Positions 1-9,580 of a DNA stretch of 64,000 nt are shown here, piece after piece (the first letter of the stretch is position 1; the number at the start of each line of letters is the position of its first letter). Both the position numbers and the translations under genes were made by a program. The stretch covers positions 960,001-1,024,000 of the forward strand of contig CAWJWJ010000002.1 in assembly GCA_963846575.1 (NCBI GenBank), given 5' to 3'. Below the pieces are notes generated by a model. That model saw only the letters and a program-made list of their open reading frames with translations. It was not told the DNA's origin and did no database searches. This DNA comes from an uncultured Nitrospiraceae bacterium. Lineage in GTDB: Bacteria; Nitrospirota; Nitrospiria; Nitrospirales; Nitrospiraceae.

Positions 1-449
1 TCCGGACGCTGAACCTGCTGGATGAAGGCGTGCGGGAAGGCTTGGCGATTGAGATCGATACGTCGCTCCCGGCTGAACGCGTGATTCGCGTGCTGGAGCA
101 AGTCGTGAGCTGGCGGGGCCAGCCGCAAGCGATTCGGCTCGATAATGGCCCAGAATTCCTCGCCGACCGGTTCATCACCTGGTGTGCGGAACGGGCGATT
201 CAGCTGTGGCACATCCAACCGGGCAAGCCGGATCAGAATGCCTTGATTGAGCGGTATAACCGAACCTATCGGACCGAAGTGCTCAATGCCTATGTGTTCG
301 AGTCGTTGGATCAGGTGCGAGAGATCAGTGCCGAATGGTTGCAGAGTTACAATGAAGAGCGGCCCCATGACGCGTTGGCGGGCCTGCCGCCCGCCACGTA
401 TCGGGCCCAAGTGGAAGCCAGAAATTCTCCCATGAAACTGTCTCCTTGA
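1..449 (+). CDS. IS3 transposase OrfB, partial (5' end outside window)
   Basis: rve/DDE motifs; protein identical to the C-terminus of 14776-15813. Confidence 0.93.
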   Translation, partial: RTLNLLDEGVREGLAIEIDTSLPAERVIRVLEQVVSWRGQPQAIRLDNGPEFLADRFITWCAERAIQLWHIQPGKPDQNALIERYNRTYRTEVLNAYVFESLDQVREISAEWLQSYNEERPHDALAGLPPATYRAQVEARNSPMKLSP

Positions 450-463
450 CGGGGGAGCTTACG
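1..463 (+). mobile_element. IS3-family element, right part (truncated by window start)
   Basis: OrfB DDE core C-terminus (RLDNGPEF...QPGKPDQNALIERYN) ends at 449, then terminal IR ...GGGGGAGCTTACG ends at 463. Matches the reverse complement of 14762-15224 (translated ORFs identical). Confidence 0.95.
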
Positions 464-707
464 CAGGTCCGAGATGAGGCCTATCTAATGGGCTGGTTAC
501 TGAATCTGAAGCGACTGGCGAACCTGCTCCCGGCCCCGGCCTAGCGGGGGCACACCGGGCGCCTGGGGGCGTGCAGGAGCGGCGGGAGAGAGCAGGTGAT
601 GGACGGCTCACCTTCCATGACGGACAGACCAATCGCCCAACAGAGACCTGAGTGAGTACAGCCGTGACAGCGAAACCGTTTCAAAAGGCTAGTTTGTCAA
701 CAGCCTG
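464..707 (+). mobile_element. IS5-family remnant (3' end), interrupted by IS3
   Basis: 464-543 reads QVRDEAYLMGWLLNLKRLANLLPAPA*, homologous to the C-terminus of the 13166-14407 transposase. IR GTTTGTCAACAGCCTG at 692-707 is followed by target CTAG. Confidence 0.9.
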
Positions 708-1055
708 CTAGCGTATCGGCACCTAGTTCGTGCCGAGCGATAATCACTCCGCTATTTTCTAGAGTGGAGACAACACTCGAGATCGGGCCGTCCCCAAGGT
801 TGTAGAAGCAGCGCGTTTCCATTGCGAGCTCTTCGATCCGGTCGAAGGATAGGAGCAGAGGATCACCAGGAACATCAAGCTGAGGTAGGCGCGGAACAGG
901 AAATTGTACGTGACCACGAAGATACGAGACAATCTCACGAAAGCCAGGCATAGCGTTGTTCGGCACGCCTGCGAGCGGATTTTGTTGCGGCCTTCATCGA
1001 CCGATAGAAGCTACGATACTCTGTTCTCTTTCTGGCTCGCACGGCTTAATGCCAT
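708..1055 (-). pseudogene. XRE-ImmA/IrrE-type metallopeptidase regulator fragment
   Basis: FYRSMKAATKSARRRAEQRYAWL, then a frameshift near 940, then REIVSYLRGHVQFP...LGDGPISSVVSTLENSGVII, a typical central region of this family. Cut by the IS5 end at 707. Confidence 0.7.
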
Positions 1056-1057
1056 GC

Positions 1058-2896
1058 TCACAACGGCTCTTCTCTTCCTTGGTACACTATAACCTCCTCA
1101 TAGTCAGGAGCTTTGACTTGAATGCTGGAACAGGCCCAGTACCCTTCTGGTTCGCAAGGTTCAATGTCAGGTTCACAGCAGCCAGGTCGAGGGGGATCAC
1201 TGCATGGCCGTCGACACGGTGGAGGACAGCGTCGCGTAATGACAAACCGGCAGCTGGCAGTAAAGCTAAATGGCACACCCACTGGTGCAACCTCTCGGAA
1301 ATTACCTCGAGGCGGCCGAATATAGACCTTAGCACTTGGGACTGAAGTGCCCGTTCCTGCATCCTCAGCGTATACCGTAACTTGCCCAGAACCTTCTATG
1401 TTTGATGGATTCGTCGAAACCCGCAATTTCCTCAATATAATCGGCATACCAATCGCCGTGTCGTTATAGCTAGACGCCACTACGGTTACCTTATTCCCTT
1501 CATGAAAGGAATAGGTGATAGCGGTGTTCGTCTCTCCTATGACTTGTCCGTCGACTTTTACCTGACCACGGATCGCATTTCCACTATGCCAATCGTGAGC
1601 GCTCACTATGAAAGAAACAGGCTCTCCGACTGGGATTCGCTGAACATTCAAGGAAAGCCGTAATTGGGGCGGCCCTAGTCTCCAAAACACTCGGTAGATG
1701 GCCTTGAAGTCAGCATCCTTTCTTACGAAGATGCCCCTTTCTCCTCGAATGAAGACATATACATTGACATGGTCCTGGTGTTTCGTAATTCGCGCACCAT
1801 TTCTGGCCGAATTACCATCAACTATGAGATCCGTGGTGGTTTCTCCTCCCACTGCTTCTACGCATTCCAATGTCGCGAGGGGATCGGGACGGCTAGATGG
1901 AGGGTGAATATCAAGATTCAAAATCCGCTCCTGAGCCGTTGTCGGGCCTGCTTTCGCCACCATTGCGACACAGCGAACGGTTTCCTCCCGCGCTTTAGGT
2001 GGGAGTGCATGAACATGATCTGGGGGGTGAATTTCCGTCCAGCGAGCCGGATTGTAGGGATGCTCCTTGGGATTTGTTCCCCATTTTAATATCCGATCCC
2101 CCCAGGCTTGAAGAGCGCTTCCATCAGCCCAGTGGGGATCATCCGTCACTAATGCTCCTATCACGCAGAGATAATCCCCCCCCTGCAATCGCCTGCTCGG
2201 GTCATTGGACGCGTATCTCGGATCCCAGGGCCAGACAAAATTACGTCCGTCTGCACAGCCGGACAATTCTGGTGGATGAGCTGTCCAACCAGCATCTTCA
2301 GGAATCGCACGATTATCCTCACACTTACCGCAACGCTGTCCCGGCCGCCATGACTTTATTTCAACATGGATGAGTGGTGGAGACACTGCAACGTAGTCAT
2401 TCCCACTGGTATTGTGCTGAACGATGCTGCCGACACGCATCAAGCCTCCGAGGTCTATTCCCTTTGCGTCTGTGAATCGAGGATCGATTTCAAATCCAAA
2501 GGTTGCGTCAGGGGGATCTTCATGACAGCCCGGTGATGAACCAATCTCCTTTTCCAACCAACCATGGAGTTCAATAATCCGTGCACCACGGGCATTTGGC
2601 CACGTACCGCCGATGGCAAGGCGATGATCACGGTTAGGCCAGCTCAGTTGGCTATGGATATCCCAGTAGATCATCGAGGGATCAGTGCCCGCATAGCCTC
2701 GCGTGCCACCACACCCTACGTCTTGGGCATAGTGTCTATTGGGATCCGCCCGCCAGTAAGAATCTGGCACGCCAGTATGGGACAGATTAGGAATGGGCAG
2801 CGCCGCTGACGCTCGCTTATAGAACGGTGCGGGGAGTAGCGAGACCATTCCAACCGCAAGGCTAAGCTTCAAAAACTTTCTTCTGCTGATAGCCAT
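1058..2896 (-). CDS. Tat-exported hypothetical protein with Cys-rich C-terminus
   Basis: 612 aa; twin-arginine signal SRRKFLK, h-region and ASA; GDYLCVIGALVTDDPH...WTEIHPPD motif; beta-rich C-terminal modules. Confidence 0.85.
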   Translation of the reverse strand: MAISRRKFLKLSLAVGMVSLLPAPFYKRASAALPIPNLSHTGVPDSYWRADPNRHYAQDVGCGGTRGYAGTDPSMIYWDIHSQLSWPNRDHRLAIGGTWPNARGARIIELHGWLEKEIGSSPGCHEDPPDATFGFEIDPRFTDAKGIDLGGLMRVGSIVQHNTSGNDYVAVSPPLIHVEIKSWRPGQRCGKCEDNRAIPEDAGWTAHPPELSGCADGRNFVWPWDPRYASNDPSRRLQGGDYLCVIGALVTDDPHWADGSALQAWGDRILKWGTNPKEHPYNPARWTEIHPPDHVHALPPKAREETVRCVAMVAKAGPTTAQERILNLDIHPPSSRPDPLATLECVEAVGGETTTDLIVDGNSARNGARITKHQDHVNVYVFIRGERGIFVRKDADFKAIYRVFWRLGPPQLRLSLNVQRIPVGEPVSFIVSAHDWHSGNAIRGQVKVDGQVIGETNTAITYSFHEGNKVTVVASSYNDTAIGMPIILRKLRVSTNPSNIEGSGQVTVYAEDAGTGTSVPSAKVYIRPPRGNFREVAPVGVPFSFTASCRFVITRRCPPPCRRPCSDPPRPGCCEPDIEPCEPEGYWACSSIQVKAPDYEEVIVYQGREEPL

Positions 2897-2953
2897 GAGT
2901 TACCCGTGCGACTTTTCCAAATTCTTAAGTGCAAAAACATTCCCGTCTCGACG

Positions 2954-3721
2954 TCACTCTTTCTTAGGTCCACCGACTCTAGGTGATCCGCCCGCCTTTG
3001 CATCTTGACCAGTAGATTTCCAGAGAAGGTTGTAGATTTCCTTCTGGTGCTGGAGATAGCGAAAAACGATGTTTTGAATTACCTGGGGTACGTCTGCCAA
3101 CGGCGAGTTGGGAGGTTCGGTCATTATTGGTGGCGAAGATGGGCCGGAAACCGGGGGCGGGGAAGGGGAAGAAGGTTGGGTAGGCTGAGGGATTGTAGGT
3201 GAAAGCGCAGGCTGTACCGCCGTTGTGGTGACTCCAAAACCTGTGTTCACTGGCTGAACCTGAAGTTTAGTTAGCTCGTCTATTGCGAAAACCGTCACCA
3301 CAAAGTCGTCAAACATAACAATGATATCTAGATAGAGGTCCTTATCAATTGCTCCGTTAAGGTAGGCCTCGCAGGCTCGGTACAAACTATCTCTGAGGAG
3401 TTGAATGGTTGATGTCCTTGTCCCGAGCTTTGCCACCGCCTCCGCTGAACGTGCATCCATTTCGACTAAGCTCTTTTCTCCGACGGGAACCTTTAGTAGC
3501 CCGGAAGCAGCCATACTTACAATGGCATCGGGGCTTGGTTCAGCACACACTATCCGCTCATTATGATTTGTCCCGCCCTTTAGGGTCGACAACATGATCC
3601 GCTGTCTCGCGTCCATGCTGAGACTGATCGGCTCGTCCACATTAAATGTCTTGAAGATGGTCGAACTACAGCCTGTACAAGTCACTATCAAACACAGCAT
3701 GACCAACTTATTCGTATTCAT
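2954..3721 (-). CDS. Hypothetical lipoprotein (CAEPSPDA motif)
   Basis: 255 aa; lipobox-like CTGC after a hydrophobic N-terminus; VCAEPSPDA and IQLLRDSLYRACEAYLNG motifs; Pro-rich linker. Confidence 0.8.
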   Translation of the reverse strand: MNTNKLVMLCLIVTCTGCSSTIFKTFNVDEPISLSMDARQRIMLSTLKGGTNHNERIVCAEPSPDAIVSMAASGLLKVPVGEKSLVEMDARSAEAVAKLGTRTSTIQLLRDSLYRACEAYLNGAIDKDLYLDIIVMFDDFVVTVFAIDELTKLQVQPVNTGFGVTTTAVQPALSPTIPQPTQPSSPSPPPVSGPSSPPIMTEPPNSPLADVPQVIQNIVFRYLQHQKEIYNLLWKSTGQDAKAGGSPRVGGPKKE

Positions 3722-3834
3722 AAGTACCTCGCAAGTGTTCTATGGGCGCATGCCCGGTCTTTCTGGCAGCGGCCGGGGCAAAATCAACTCCGCTGTACTA
3801 TTCAAACGGCAAACACCAATGGCAAGCAATGGCA

Positions 3835-3850
3835 AGCAACAAGTATTCCA
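3835..3850 (-). promoter_or_regulatory. sigma54 -24/-12 promoter for the 3721<- operon
   Basis: Minus strand reads TGGAATACTTGTTGCT (GG-N10-GC), ~115 bp upstream of the ATG. Confidence 0.75.
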
Positions 3851-4061
3851 TGTCCCCCAAAGACAAATTGCATTAGCATACTGCGACCGCGATGGAACGC
3901 AGTACAGGACCTTGGTATTTACAAAAATCACAGCCAAACCCTTGTGGGTGAACACGGAAAAGGCTTCTTAACGTCGGCTGGGCCAGCCTGTTGAACTGCC
4001 GTGGCCGCAGTTCTAATCCCCTAGCATTCCCCGCGAATGGCCACTTTTAGATACCAGCAAA

Positions 4062-4098
4062 GTATCGAAACCGATACCGTCAGTATCTTTTGAGATAT
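4062..4098. promoter_or_regulatory. Paired palindromic activator (UAS-like) sites
   Basis: GTATC-GAAACC-GATAC (4062-4077) and GTATC-TTTTGA-GATAT (4083-4098), starts 21 bp apart. Confidence 0.65.
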
Positions 4099-4675
4099 AG
4101 GCCAGGGACGTCAGAAGCAATCATCCGCGTTTCGATGAGAATCACTTAGTCGCTTTGCCTGTACCGAACAAGCTAATGGAAGTCTCTCCCAAAATCCAAC
4201 GCTATGTCCATAAAGCTATCCTAGCCCGCCAGAAGGCTGCGCGCCTTTTTTGGCGGGATGCGAAAGCAACAGTCGAAAAAACAATAAGGCTTTTGGCCTA
4301 AGAGGAGTTCTTACACCTCGGTGCCAAAGAGCTACCCGCGCTCTGTCCTTCCCTATCAAATGAATGGAGCCGGCAAGGATGAGGCCTTGTCGAAGGGGCG
4401 GACTACAGGTTGCCACACCACGAACAGCACTAGCAGGTGTCCGGCCAATGCCTGACACGTCACCAGGCGACATATGAAGTGAGAGGAAGAACTAATATCC
4501 GAAGGTGGAACGATGGAATAGCATGTCAATATAGGGACAAGCGTCTCTGCATATCGATGCGTAGCGGCACGTCGTGATCCTGACATGCAGCGGTGCGCTC
4601 TCTCAGCGATCGTCGCGCAACAATATAGCTCTGGGATACCCTTCCATTAAGCGAGCCAAGCATTATCCAGGAGTT

Positions 4676-4711
4676 GTATCTTTTTCGATAATCCCGTGTC
4701 GGAAAGGATAC
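4676..4711. promoter_or_regulatory. Paired palindromic activator (UAS-like) sites
   Basis: GTATC-TTTTTC-GATAA (4676-4691) and GTGTC-GGAAAG-GATAC (4696-4711), starts 20 bp apart. Confidence 0.6.
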
Positions 4712-4852
4712 GGCGCCCTTCTGAACCTATGCGACGGAAGCCCGTAGATACCGTTTTTTACAAAATCTGCGTAATGATCATCGCAGCTCGCAGCAAGGCT
4801 AAATGCGGAATGGTCTATTGAAGCTGCGAGCAAAATCTTTCAAGCAGAGATA

Positions 4853-4868
4853 TGGAATAGATATTGCT
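4853..4868 (+). promoter_or_regulatory. sigma54 -24/-12 promoter for the 4982-> operon
   Basis: TGGAATAGATATTGCT (GG-N10-GC), ~115 bp upstream of the ATG. Confidence 0.78.
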
Positions 4869-4981
4869 GAATGAATACGTACGTAATAAGCGAAGACTTC
4901 AATGCCACTAAGATTGGCTGAGTTTTTTTTAAAAGGCTTACCACCACTTTTCTTCTAAATGATTCCGCAGAAAGGAACGTT

Positions 4982-6968
4982 ATGAGAATGAACCGTTACT
5001 TGGGAGGCATGAGTATTTTAGGTTTGGCGAGTGTACTGTTGACCGGATGCCTGGTTGCTATGGCTCAGGATGATCGAGGAGAGACAAAGCGTGTCGCGGC
5101 GGTACAACCAGAAGCGACGGCAAAGAAAATAAGTGCTCCATTGGTCCGTGATGCTGCTAAGCCGAAAACGTCGACCACGAAAGATACCCGTGCGTTAATG
5201 GACGCGGCGCCAATGAAGATGTGGAAAGAAGGAGATCCCGTCCGGGTTAAGGACGATATAAGGGGTCTTGATAGTGCCGATGCAGTGCGATACCGGCCGC
5301 AAAAGCAGGTAGACCCGGTCTTGAGCCCCGGGACTTAGCTCAAGAGCGGACATGAATGCCGCCCCAACGATTGTCGCCAACTTTGATGGAATTCAAGCCA
5401 CGGGCGTTTTACCTCCAGATACAGTCGGAGCAGTAGGACCCAATCATTACATTCAAATGGTAAACTCAGCCTTCTCCATCTACAACAAAACTGGGACCCT
5501 GCTCGCCGGACCGTCTCAGATTAATTCCTTGTGGAACGGGTTTGGTGGGCCATGCGAAACGGACAATGACGGGGATCCGGTAGTGCGGTATGACCACTTG
5601 GCAGATCGTTGGCTCGTGAGTCAATTTGCCATCGATAAGAGTATGCAGTGCGTTGCTATTTCTCGAGGCGCTGACCCAGTCACGAGCGGTTGGTTCTTGT
5701 ACGCCTTTCCAACGCAGGATGCAAACGGACAGCCCGTGACTCCAGATTATCCCAAAATTGGCGTATGGCCCGATGGATACTATATGGCAACGCAGCGAGG
5801 ATTTCCGAATAATGGCCTTGATGTGTGGGTCTTTGAGCGAGATCGTATGCTAGCTGGACAGCCAGCCAGACAGGTGCAGTTTGCCGTGGCCGCCCCATCT
5901 CTGTTCCTGCAACCTAGCGATTTGAATGGTCCGCCTCCGCCGGCTGGGACGCCCAATTTCTTCATTCGGCAGGTGGATGGACAACGCTTCAACGGGCAAG
6001 ATCGAATTGAGGTGTACGCCTTCACTGTGAACTGGGCTAATCCAGCCACGTCCACATTTCAGTTAACCAACAGTTTGCCGACTGCCGCCTTTGATTCCGT
6101 CCTGTGCAATTCTACCCTGCTAGGCGCATGCGTACCACAGCCTGGTACATCGCAGCGCCTAGAGACGCTGAGTGTGTGGCCGATGTTCCGCGCACAATAT
6201 CGTAATTTCGGGGCCCATGAAGTGTTGCTCTTAAACCATACAGTAGATGCGACCGGACAGGATCGAGCCGGAATTCGATGGTATGAGCTCCGGCGGACGC
6301 CTGGCGGTACGTGGTCGATTTTTCAACAGCAGACCCATTCACCAGATGCGACAGATCGCTGGATGGGCAGTATGGCTATGGACGCAAAGGGCAACTTAGC
6401 CTTGGGGTACAGCGCCTCGAGCTCAACGACATCCCCGAGTATACGGGTTGCCACAAGGGCCGCTACAGACGGGGCCGGTCAATTCGGCCCAGAAATCACT
6501 TTAATGAATGGCGGTGGATCGCAAACGCATTCGTCAGCACGGTGGGGAGATTACAGTTCAATGGACGTGGACCCCGTTCAGCCCTGCACCTTTTGGTTTA
6601 CGACGCTTTACTATGCTTCTACATCTCAAGCAGCGTGGAGGACGCGAATCTCGGAAGTTCGGATCCCCGAGTGCAGCGGCAGTACGCCAACATCTGCTCT
6701 TCTCGCCTTTGGCGTTGTCTTTAGCGATGGGACCAAGCAATCAGGAACACCGAATTGGACATCAGTATTTAACAGCGCCGAAAAGCGGTATGAACTCACA
6801 ATAAATGGTGAAAATTACCACTATCTAAGGTACAGCACACTGATCACACCAGCCGGTGATATGCGTTACTGTCACTCCTCTAGCATCGGAGGCAAGTTGC
6901 TGATCTATTGCCATGACAAGAATGGCATTCCAACCACAGCGCGGTTTGCCTTTATCACTTATAAATAG
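4982..6968 (+). pseudogene. Secreted beta-propeller-like protein split by a 1-nt frameshift near 5330 (ORFs 4982-5338 and 5352-6968)
   Basis: The first ORF has a signal peptide and RBS. The second has PPDTVGAVGPNHYIQMVN, YDHLADRW, DYPKIGVWPDGYY and RWGDYS motifs but no signal. Removing one base in CCCCGGG fuses them (PGLSSRADMNAAP). May be a sequencing error. Confidence 0.75.
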
Positions 6969-7002
6969 AAATCGCTCGAGGCCAGTACTCATATAGGGGG
7001 GA

Positions 7003-7482
7003 GTGGGAGTTATGAACAATATTATCCGAGCTAGTTTGTGTGTACTCATATTGGTGCACTGTCAGGCGCTGGCCCAGCAGGATCAGGATGATTCAAGCCA
7101 AGTGTTGGATGACGCCGGTGGCATTGCTTGGATGCTGGCAACCGGACACGAACTGACTGATAGCGAGGAGGGAGCTTATGCCGGTGCACTTACTGCGCCA
7201 ACTGCTATCCCATTGGCGTATGGGGTGGTGTACAACGACGGCTCAAAACAGTCGGGATCCACAAACTGGACTTCAGCCTACAACGCTACAAGCCATCGCT
7301 ATGAGATCACAATTGGCGGAGAGAATTACCACTATTCCAGTTATGCCACCATTGTTACGCCAGCAGGAGACGTCCGGTACTGTCGAACAGATAGTGTAAG
7401 CGGAAAGCTTCTTGTCTATTGCGTAGACAAGATAGGGTCTCCCGCTCCCTCACGGTTTTCGTTTGCAGTATACAAACCTTAG
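7003..7482 (+). CDS. Secreted protein: stand-alone copy of the C-terminal domain of the upstream protein
   Basis: Signal peptide (ALA-QQ). LAYGVVYNDGSKQSGSTNWTS...SRFSFAVYKP aligns over ~90 aa with LAFGVVFSDGTKQSGTPNWTS...ARFAFITYK. Confidence 0.85.
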   Translation: MGVMNNIIRASLCVLILVHCQALAQQDQDDSSQVLDDAGGIAWMLATGHELTDSEEGAYAGALTAPTAIPLAYGVVYNDGSKQSGSTNWTSAYNATSHRYEITIGGENYHYSSYATIVTPAGDVRYCRTDSVSGKLLVYCVDKIGSPAPSRFSFAVYKP

Positions 7483-7571
7483 ATTATGCGCACGTGGCCT
7501 CAGTAAGTTGGCTCCTTCAAGACCCAAAATGCTGCTTTTCGCCACATTGATCATCACGAGGTAGATCCGAC

Positions 7572-9017
7572 ATGCGAATAGTCCGAGCGCCCCTCAAGGT
7601 TCTAAGCCTTGTCGTATGTGCGGTCCTGTCGTTATCTGATACCGCGCTGCCAGTGGTCGGACAAGCAGTGAAGAAATTCACATGGCTACTGGACAACGTC
7701 GAGGTTCAAGGTGTCGTGCGATGGATCGATCCAATTCAGGACGGGACGGAACCGGACATCTTTCGGATTAGAGCCAGACCCGAACTACAGCATCTCATTT
7801 CGCTCTTGCCAGGAAATAACCCCATGATGTTTCAGCCAGTGGGATCAGTTGGAGTTCTCCAGTGTGAGACATATCCGCTTACGCCATTGGACATTAACCG
7901 CTCTGACTCATGGAGCCTTCCGAGGAAACCGAACCAGCCTTTCGAAGTTATTATTGATCCAGTGACGCATCAAAAGCGCCCCCTGCAAGTCGGGGACCAT
8001 ATACGCGTAGTCGGTCGGTTGGTGATAGATCACCATCCCGAGTGGTGTGATATGCCCAGCAAGTTCACGCCTCCAGAGCCATCACGATGCCGCCATCGTG
8101 GATGGCTCAAAGTCGGCCCAGCTCATATGGAACTGCATCCTATCCGCTGGGACGACATTCAGCTAGTGTACGAGGCCCGGTACCATGAGGCAGTCAGCGA
8201 AACGCTTTCGCTCGCCGCGCGCCTCTACGTGGAGAGGGTGTACCGGGGTGGCGGAAAACACATCGCAAACGAGATCGCTGGCGTAGCGAGCAAGATCTTC
8301 ATTCATGAATCCGCCTATAACTATCACGAGCGTGCGACGGCAATCATCCGGCTTAAGGCACCTCCGATCCCTGGATTCTCGCCGCGAGCTGACCTCGTGG
8401 GGTTTGAGAGAGTTTGTACTTCGCAATGGGACTGGAAGGAACCTCTCTGAACTGCGAACGATTCGGACATTGGACGACGGCCTACAAGTCACGGCGTCAA
8501 TAGACGCTCCAAAAACGATCGAACAGGATGGCCTGAGGTTGGAGACGTCGACGATCCATCTAAAGGAAAGTCAATCCTTCAAGTAAATTATCAGGTGTAT
8601 TGGCAGCGGCGCTTGCAAGCTGTCGATAAAAATGGGCATGCGTATGATGTCGACAATCCTTTTCACCAAGATCGTATCAACCTTGGTATGGTCCCTCGTC
8701 AATCCTCCTTTCAGGTGTATCTAAAGAACCGTGGACCTGATGTGCTTACGATCTCAGAAGTCAGCATGGGGCCATCGATAGGAAATCCACGATTCAGAAC
8801 CTTCGCCATTGAAAATGCTTCTGGATTAAAAGTTCCCGCTGGTAGGACCGTACAGCTTGGCGGCACATTCCGGTCGCTCTTTGGCGGTACGTATAGCTCT
8901 AAACTGATCGTTGTCAGTAACGATCCATCGTATCCTCGATTAGAGATAGAGATTATAGCGAGCACCCAAGGACCGGGTAGGCCTACAAATCCTTTCGAGC
9001 CGCTGGTGCCTCAGTAG
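7572..9017 (+). pseudogene. Secreted protein, paralog of the Tat protein, with C-terminal Ig-like domain; at least 2 frameshifts (~8410, ~8536)
   Basis: Three consecutive ORFs (7572-8450, 8305-8586, 8595-9017). GDHIRVVGRLVIDHHP...HMELHP motif; C-terminal LKNRGPDVLTISEV...LIVVSNDP is Abn/ASH-like Ig. Confidence 0.7.
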
Positions 9018-9108
9018 TTCCGAAGCACTTAAGACGAAGAATGTGTTTGGTTGCCGGTGAGAGAAATAGAGGACACATCATCTTCTGTCTCTGTCAACGA
9101 GTGCCCCC

Positions 9109-9497
9109 TTAATGAGCTTCAGAAAACGGGATACTTATATTAATCGCCCCGTTCCAGACCTTGCTTCCTATCGGGCACTCTTTCTGTACGCTCGATGCGT
9201 GGGGAATGAGTTCCTGAGTCTTCTTCGACTTTTTCTTCGGTTTTTTTTTCAGGGACAACCTGATCAGCGGGATCCGACGATTTTCAAGTCTGGCATGACG
9301 TGCACTGGATCGCCTGGTTTCCATTTGGGTGCAGGTCGCATAGGCATTGTACCATCGCTCGCTTTAGGAGAAACAGGCTCTCGAATGATGGGTCCCTGGG
9401 GAGGCCTCATTTCGGTATTGGAAAGAACGGTACTTTCAGTAAGCAAGCAGGCAAGAATGACCGATGTCCCGAGGTACTTTTTGAGGTTGAGCGCCAT
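9109..9497 (-). pseudogene. Small secreted protein homologous to the N-terminal segment of 4982; frameshifted near 9281
   Basis: RBS GGAGG. PIIREPVSPKAS...WKPGDPVHVMPDL matches PLVRDAAKPKTS...WKEGDPVRVKDDI. 3' extent uncertain. Confidence 0.6.
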
Positions 9498-9580
9498 TGC
9501 TGCACCTCCTGAACATTATTGTACTCCATGTGCGTCCCAGATATCGAGAGCATGGGGTTTCCGGTTGATCCCAGACAGTA

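Noticed and set aside
3817..3836. 10-bp tandem repeat CAATGGCAAG x2
   Set aside because: Only two copies beside the -12 element; no array or other support.
5321..5352. Programmed +1 frameshift joining 4982 and 5352
   Set aside because: No recognised shift motif, and many similar indels nearby make mutation or error more likely.
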